Part shown: positions 27,944 to 32,000 of the stretch, piece by piece | Position numbering within the stretch: position 1 is the first letter of the stretch | How the letters are laid out: the number at the start of each line of letters is the position of its first letter | Assembly (NCBI GenBank): GCA_049942775.1 | Contig: CP188087.1 | Span: 180,001-212,000 of the forward strand | DNA length: 32,000 nt | Reading direction: 5' to 3' | From: Candidatus Saccharimonadota bacterium | GTDB taxonomy: Bacteria > Pseudomonadota > Gammaproteobacteria > Enterobacterales > Enterobacteriaceae | Position numbers and translations under genes: made by a program | Notes under the pieces: generated by a model | What the model saw: the letters and a program-made list of their open reading frames with translations, nothing else | Databases searched by the model: none | What the model was told of the DNA's origin: nothing

Positions 27944-29665
27944 TTACCTATTTTTTCTTAATAACATATCTTTCATAGATCCGTTTCTGATTTGCATAGG
28001 ATAAACGTGTTCTGAACTATCAATTTGCACATCTAGAAATACAAGATGATTTTTAGACAAGTGTTTAATTGCAGATTTTAATTTTTTTTTAATTTCTTTT
28101 GGTTCATTAATAGATATTCCTATGTGCCCGTACGATTCTGCTAATTTTACAAAATTAGGTAAAGATTTCATATAAGAGTGTGAATATCTAGAAGAATACA
28201 TGACGTCTTGCCATTGTTTAACCATACCTAAAGATTTATTGTTTAGATTAACAATCAAAATTGCAGTTTTATACTGTTTAGCTGTAGACAGTTCTTGAAT
28301 ATTCATTTGAATACTTCCATCGCCTGTAATACAAACCACCATTTCTTTTGGAAAAGCAATTTTTACTCCAATTGCTGCCGGTAATCCAAAACCCATTGTT
28401 CCTAATCCTCCAGAATTAATCCATTTTCTAGGATCATCAAATCGATAATATTGTGCTGTAAACATTTGATGTTGTCCAACATCAGATGTCACGTAAGCTT
28501 TTCCTTTTGTAAGTTTCCAAAGTGTTTTAATAATTTCTTGTGGTTGTATTTTTTTTTTGTTTTTTTTATATTGTAAACTATTTATAGCTCTCCATTTATT
28601 TATAGATTCCCACCATTTTTTTAAAAATTTTTTGTTTCTAGTTATTTTGTTTTTTTTTAAAAAATTAATTATTTTATTTAAAATATATTTTGCATCTCCT
28701 ACGATTGAGATGTCTGATTTTACTGTTTTGGATATAGAAGTTGGATCAATATCTATATGTATAATTTTTGCATTTGGACAATATTTTTCTAAATTATTAG
28801 TTGTTCTATCATCAAATCTAACTCCAATTGCAAAAATTAAGTCAGAATAATGCATAGCCATATTTGCTTCATACGTTCCGTGCATTCCTAACATTGCAAT
28901 ACTTTGTGTGTGACTTGCTGGAAAAGAACCTAATCCCATTAATGATGTAGTAACTGGTAAAAACAACAATTCAGATAGTTCTTTTAGTTCTTCACTAGCA
29001 TTTGAACTAATTACTCCTCCTCCTGAATATATAACTGGTTTTTTTGAAAAAAGTAATTGTTCTATTACTTTTGGAATTTTTTCTTCTCCTTCTATTAGAG
29101 TAGGATTATATGATCTAATGTTAATATTTATAGGCCAAAAATATTTTTTTTTATTTTGTTGATCCAAAATATTCTTTGGTAAATCGATTACTACTGGACC
29201 TTTTCTTCCAGTTGATGCTAAGAAAAAAGACTTTTTAAAAATAAGTGGGATTTCTTCTGTTTTTTTTACTAAAAAGCTATGTTTAACTATTGGTCTAGAT
29301 ATTCCAATCATATCGCATTCTTGAAATGCATCAAAACCAATTAGATGAGAGGAAACTTGTCCAGATATTACAACAATTGGAATTGAGTCCATATAAGCTG
29401 TAGCAATTCCTGTAATAGCATTTGTTGCACCTGGTCCTGAAGTAACTAATACAACACCAGTTTTTCCAGAAGCTCTAGCATACCCATCAGCCATATGTAC
29501 AGCTCCCTGTTCATGTCTTACTAAAATATGATTAATTTTATTATCTACTGTTTTTAATGAATCATAAATATCTAATACAGCACCACCAGGATACCCAAAA
29601 ACATATTCTATTCCTTGATCAATTAAAGAATGTATGACCATTTCTGAACCAGATAATAGTTTCAT
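27944..29665 (-). CDS. ilvI: acetolactate synthase III large (catalytic) subunit
   Basis: The 573-aa ORF contains [38 protein letters not shown] and [20 protein letters not shown]...[17 protein letters not shown] (ThDP motif). It is collinear with E. coli IlvI. An AAGGA Shine-Dalgarno sequence lies upstream. Confidence 0.95.
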   Translation of the reverse strand: MKLLSGSEMVIHSLIDQGIEYVFGYPGGAVLDIYDSLKTVDNKINHILVRHEQGAVHMADGYARASGKTGVVLVTSGPGATNAITGIATAYMDSIPIVVISGQVSSHLIGFDAFQECDMIGISRPIVKHSFLVKKTEEIPLIFKKSFFLASTGRKGPVVIDLPKNILDQQNKKKYFWPININIRSYNPTLIEGEEKIPKVIEQLLFSKKPVIYSGGGVISSNASEELKELSELLFLPVTTSLMGLGSFPASHTQSIAMLGMHGTYEANMAMHYSDLIFAIGVRFDDRTTNNLEKYCPNAKIIHIDIDPTSISKTVKSDISIVGDAKYILNKIINFLKKNKITRNKKFLKKWWESINKWRAINSLQYKKNKKKIQPQEIIKTLWKLTKGKAYVTSDVGQHQMFTAQYYRFDDPRKWINSGGLGTMGFGLPAAIGVKIAFPKEMVVCITGDGSIQMNIQELSTAKQYKTAILIVNLNNKSLGMVKQWQDVMYSSRYSHSYMKSLPNFVKLAESYGHIGISINEPKEIKKKLKSAIKHLSKNHLVFLDVQIDSSEHVYPMQIRNGSMKDMLLRKNR

Positions 29666-30356
29666 TTTTTTTCCTTGTTGGATAAGTCAATACATTTCTT
29701 GACTATTTTAGAATTGTTTAATAATCCACAGTTTTTATGGTTAAAATTTTTCTTTTTTTTTTTTAAGTGATTAGTTTAGATTAACTTTAAATAATAGATC
29801 GCTATAATTTATTTACACATTTTTAAAATGTATATTCCGATTATAATAAAAATAGTTCTTCAAGTACAATATATAAAGAATATTTTTTAGTCACCATTTA
29901 ATTTCGGTAATTAGAAAATTCATATTATTTTGAAATTTAGTCAAAATTATTCATAATTAATAATTAAGTTTTTGTTTTTGAATTTATGTTTTAGTATTAC
30001 TAAGTTTTATATTTTTTTAAATTTATAAAAAAATTTTAATAAATATTGTTATAAGCATTTTGTCAATTTTTATTAAAAGATTTATAAAAATTATCATACT
30101 AGTTATTGTTCAATAATATTGAATGAATTTCATGGAAAAGTATTTTTCAAATTTTTAAAAGATAAATTTAAAAAATTAGTTGAAATAATTAAATTGATAA
30201 ACTAAAGAAAAAATAAATATTTTAAAAAATTTTAATTAATTTTAAAAAAAAGATATATCAAGTATTAATTTTAGTTACTTTTTAGTCTTTTAGACTAAGA
30301 ATGAAATTTAGAATTTATTATTAATTTTTTTAAGTGTATAAATTAGGAATTGATTT

Positions 30357-31790
30357 ATGAATAAAAATGTTTTTTTTTTATGCAGCTTATTTTTTTATTT
30401 TCTTTTTGTACAGGATGTTAATTCCTCAACTGTTTTAAAACATGATAAAAAAACGGAGTTAACAATACCTACTTTATCGAATGTTCTGGAAAAAGTTATG
30501 CCTTCAGTAGTTAGTGTATCTGTTGAAGGATTTTATTATCCAAATAAAGGAAATGTAAATTATAAAAATAATTTAGGTTGTTTTAAAAAAAGTTTTCTTA
30601 CTTGTACAAAAGAATCAAACATTGATTTTCAAAAATCAAATTTAAGTTTTAAAAACAATAAAAATCTAATAAATGAAAGTTCAGGTTTGTTTTATGCTTC
30701 TGGATCAGGAGTAATTATTGATGCAAAGAATGCATATGTAGTAACTAATAGTCATGTAATAAATCATGCTAGGAAAATTGAAGTAGGATTAAATGATCAT
30801 CGTTTTTATTCAGCTACATTAGTTGGAAAAGACGTTAGTTCAGATATTGCCGTACTAAAATTAAAAAATGCTGAAAATTTAGTTTCTATGAGATTATCTA
30901 ATTCAGATTTGTTAAAAGTTGGTGATTATACGTTAGCTATTGGAAATCCTTATGGATTAGGAAACACTGCTACTTTAGGAATTGTTTCAGCGTTAGGTAG
31001 AAGTGGTTTACATCTTGAATATTATGAAAATTTTATTCAAACAGATGCAGCAATTAATCGTGGAAATTCAGGAGGAGCATTAGTTAATTTAAAAGGAGAA
31101 CTTATAGGTATTAATACAGCAATATTAGCTCCAGGTGGAGGTAATATTGGAATAGGTTTTTCAATTCCAAGTAATATGATTAGTAATATATCCAATCAAA
31201 TAATAAAATATGGTCATGTTAAAAGAGGAAAATTAGGAATTATAGGAACAGACTTGAATTCAGAGTTAGCTAAAATAATGAAAATTAATTCAAATAGTGG
31301 CATATTTATTAATCAAGTACTTCCTAATTCAGTAGCTGATAAATCTGGAATTAAACCCGGAGATGTAATAGTTACAATTAATGGAAAAATAATTTCTAGT
31401 TTTTCTTCGTTTCGAGCTTTGTTAGGATCTAGTCCATTGGAGAATTATATAACTTTAGGAGTTGTAGATGGGAAAAAAATAAAAAATATTACACTTAAAC
31501 TACAATACGTTAAATCTAAATTGCATATTTTTTCTGTTCGTTGCAAAATTTTAAAAGGTATTATGTTTAGTTATTTCAGTTTACAAAACAAGAATTTTAT
31601 TAAAATAAAATATATTCGTAAAAATACTCCAGCTTATTTTCATGGTTTTAAAATGAATGATATAATTTTAAATGTCAACAATTATAAAATTCATGATTTT
31701 TTAGATTTACAAAAAATATTAAATACAAATAGTTCAACATTAGTTTTTCGTATTTTTCGTTCTGGTAGAATAGTATATGTAACATTATAA
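30357..31790 (+). CDS. degP: periplasmic serine endoprotease/chaperone DegP (HtrA)
   Basis: The 477-aa ORF begins with a signal-peptide-like N-terminus, MNKNVFFLCSLFFYFLFVQDVNSS. The catalytic triad contexts are VVTNSHVINHA, SDIAVLKL and GNSGGALVNLKGELIGINTAIL. Two PDZ-like regions follow. A Cys pair in the LA-loop region (GCFKKSFLTC) favours DegP over DegQ/DegS. Confidence 0.9.
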   Translation: MNKNVFFLCSLFFYFLFVQDVNSSTVLKHDKKTELTIPTLSNVLEKVMPSVVSVSVEGFYYPNKGNVNYKNNLGCFKKSFLTCTKESNIDFQKSNLSFKNNKNLINESSGLFYASGSGVIIDAKNAYVVTNSHVINHARKIEVGLNDHRFYSATLVGKDVSSDIAVLKLKNAENLVSMRLSNSDLLKVGDYTLAIGNPYGLGNTATLGIVSALGRSGLHLEYYENFIQTDAAINRGNSGGALVNLKGELIGINTAILAPGGGNIGIGFSIPSNMISNISNQIIKYGHVKRGKLGIIGTDLNSELAKIMKINSNSGIFINQVLPNSVADKSGIKPGDVIVTINGKIISSFSSFRALLGSSPLENYITLGVVDGKKIKNITLKLQYVKSKLHIFSVRCKILKGIMFSYFSLQNKNFIKIKYIRKNTPAYFHGFKMNDIILNVNNYKIHDFLDLQKILNTNSSTLVFRIFRSGRIVYVTL

Positions 31791-31819
31791 AATTTGCTTG
31801 TTTGTTTTTATAATAAACT

Positions 31820-31872
31820 TCTAGTCCGTTTTATAAATTATGAATAATAATCGGACTAGATCATATTTTTTT
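31820..31872 (+). terminator. rho-independent terminator candidate between convergent degP and dapD
   Basis: The inverted repeat TCTAGTCCG (about 31820-31828) / CGGACTAGA (about 31852-31860) is unusually GC-containing for this DNA. It is followed 5 nt later by a T7 run (tcataTTTTTTT). It starts about 30 nt after the degP stop. Confidence 0.5.
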
Positions 31873-31884
31873 AAATTAATTGTT

Positions 31885-32000
31885 TTATTCTATTTCTCTT
31901 AATAGCTGATTTATTTGTACTTTACTTAGAGTTTTATCATTTACATTTTTTACTATTATAGCACAATATAAATTGTGGCTTTTATCTTTTGAAGGTAAGC
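31885..32000 (-). CDS. dapD: tetrahydrodipicolinate N-succinyltransferase, C-terminal 37 codons (5' part beyond the window end)
   Basis: This gene is absent from the ORF track because it runs off the window. The reverse complement reads [37 protein letters not shown], compared with the E. coli DapD C-terminus [37 protein letters not shown]. It is convergent with degP, consistent with enterobacterial degP/dapD proximity. Confidence 0.75.
   Translation of the reverse strand, partial: LPSKDKSHNLYCAIIVKNVNDKTLSKVQINQLLREIE

Noticed and set aside
1-32000. I searched by eye for rRNA/tRNA genes, CRISPR arrays, IS elements, integrases, phage genes, toxin-antitoxin pairs, defence islands and any novel multi-gene system.
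   Set aside because: There are no GC-rich cloverleaf-like segments, no regularly spaced direct repeats and no terminal inverted repeats flanking ORFs. Every ORF above noise is a recognisable housekeeping or biosynthetic orthologue. I therefore do not claim a novel system in this window.

Overview
This window is an extremely AT-rich, gene-dense chromosomal segment from a reduced-genome gammaproteobacterial endosymbiont. Protein similarity to E. coli orthologues and the gene order best fit Buchnera aphidicola, but that assignment is from my recollection of Buchnera synteny and I have not searched anything. I can support 24 protein-coding loci. In order they are thrC (partial)-thrB-thrA (-), hpt (+), pcnB and dksA (-), truA-leuB-leuC-leuD-leuA-secA-aceE-aceF-lpdA (+), mtn-erpA-ftsZ-ftsA-rsmH-ilvH-ilvI (-), degP (+) and dapD (partial, -). 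I saw no rRNA, tRNA, CRISPR array, transposase, integrase, phage, toxin or defence genes. I found no convincing novel multi-gene system, and the window reads as housekeeping and amino-acid-provisioning genes undergoing reductive evolution. Six observations deserve a second look. (1) The chromosomal leucine cluster has the circularly permuted order leuBCD-spacer-leuA, inserted between truA and secA, as expected if a circular leu plasmid integrated. (2) lpdA is broken by an out-of-frame internal deletion although both halves remain highly conserved. (3) mtn is broken by a frameshift inside poly(A) tracts, the class of lesion that transcriptional slippage can rescue. (4) The dcw cluster has collapsed to rsmH-ftsA-ftsZ, with every mur and periplasmic fts gene gone. 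(5) SecA lacks its C-terminal zinc finger. (6) Several long AT-only spacers carry perfect palindromes and a run of about 22 T. Coordinates taken from the ORF track are exact. Coordinates I counted by hand (hairpins, frameshift sites, revised starts) may be off by 1-2 nt.
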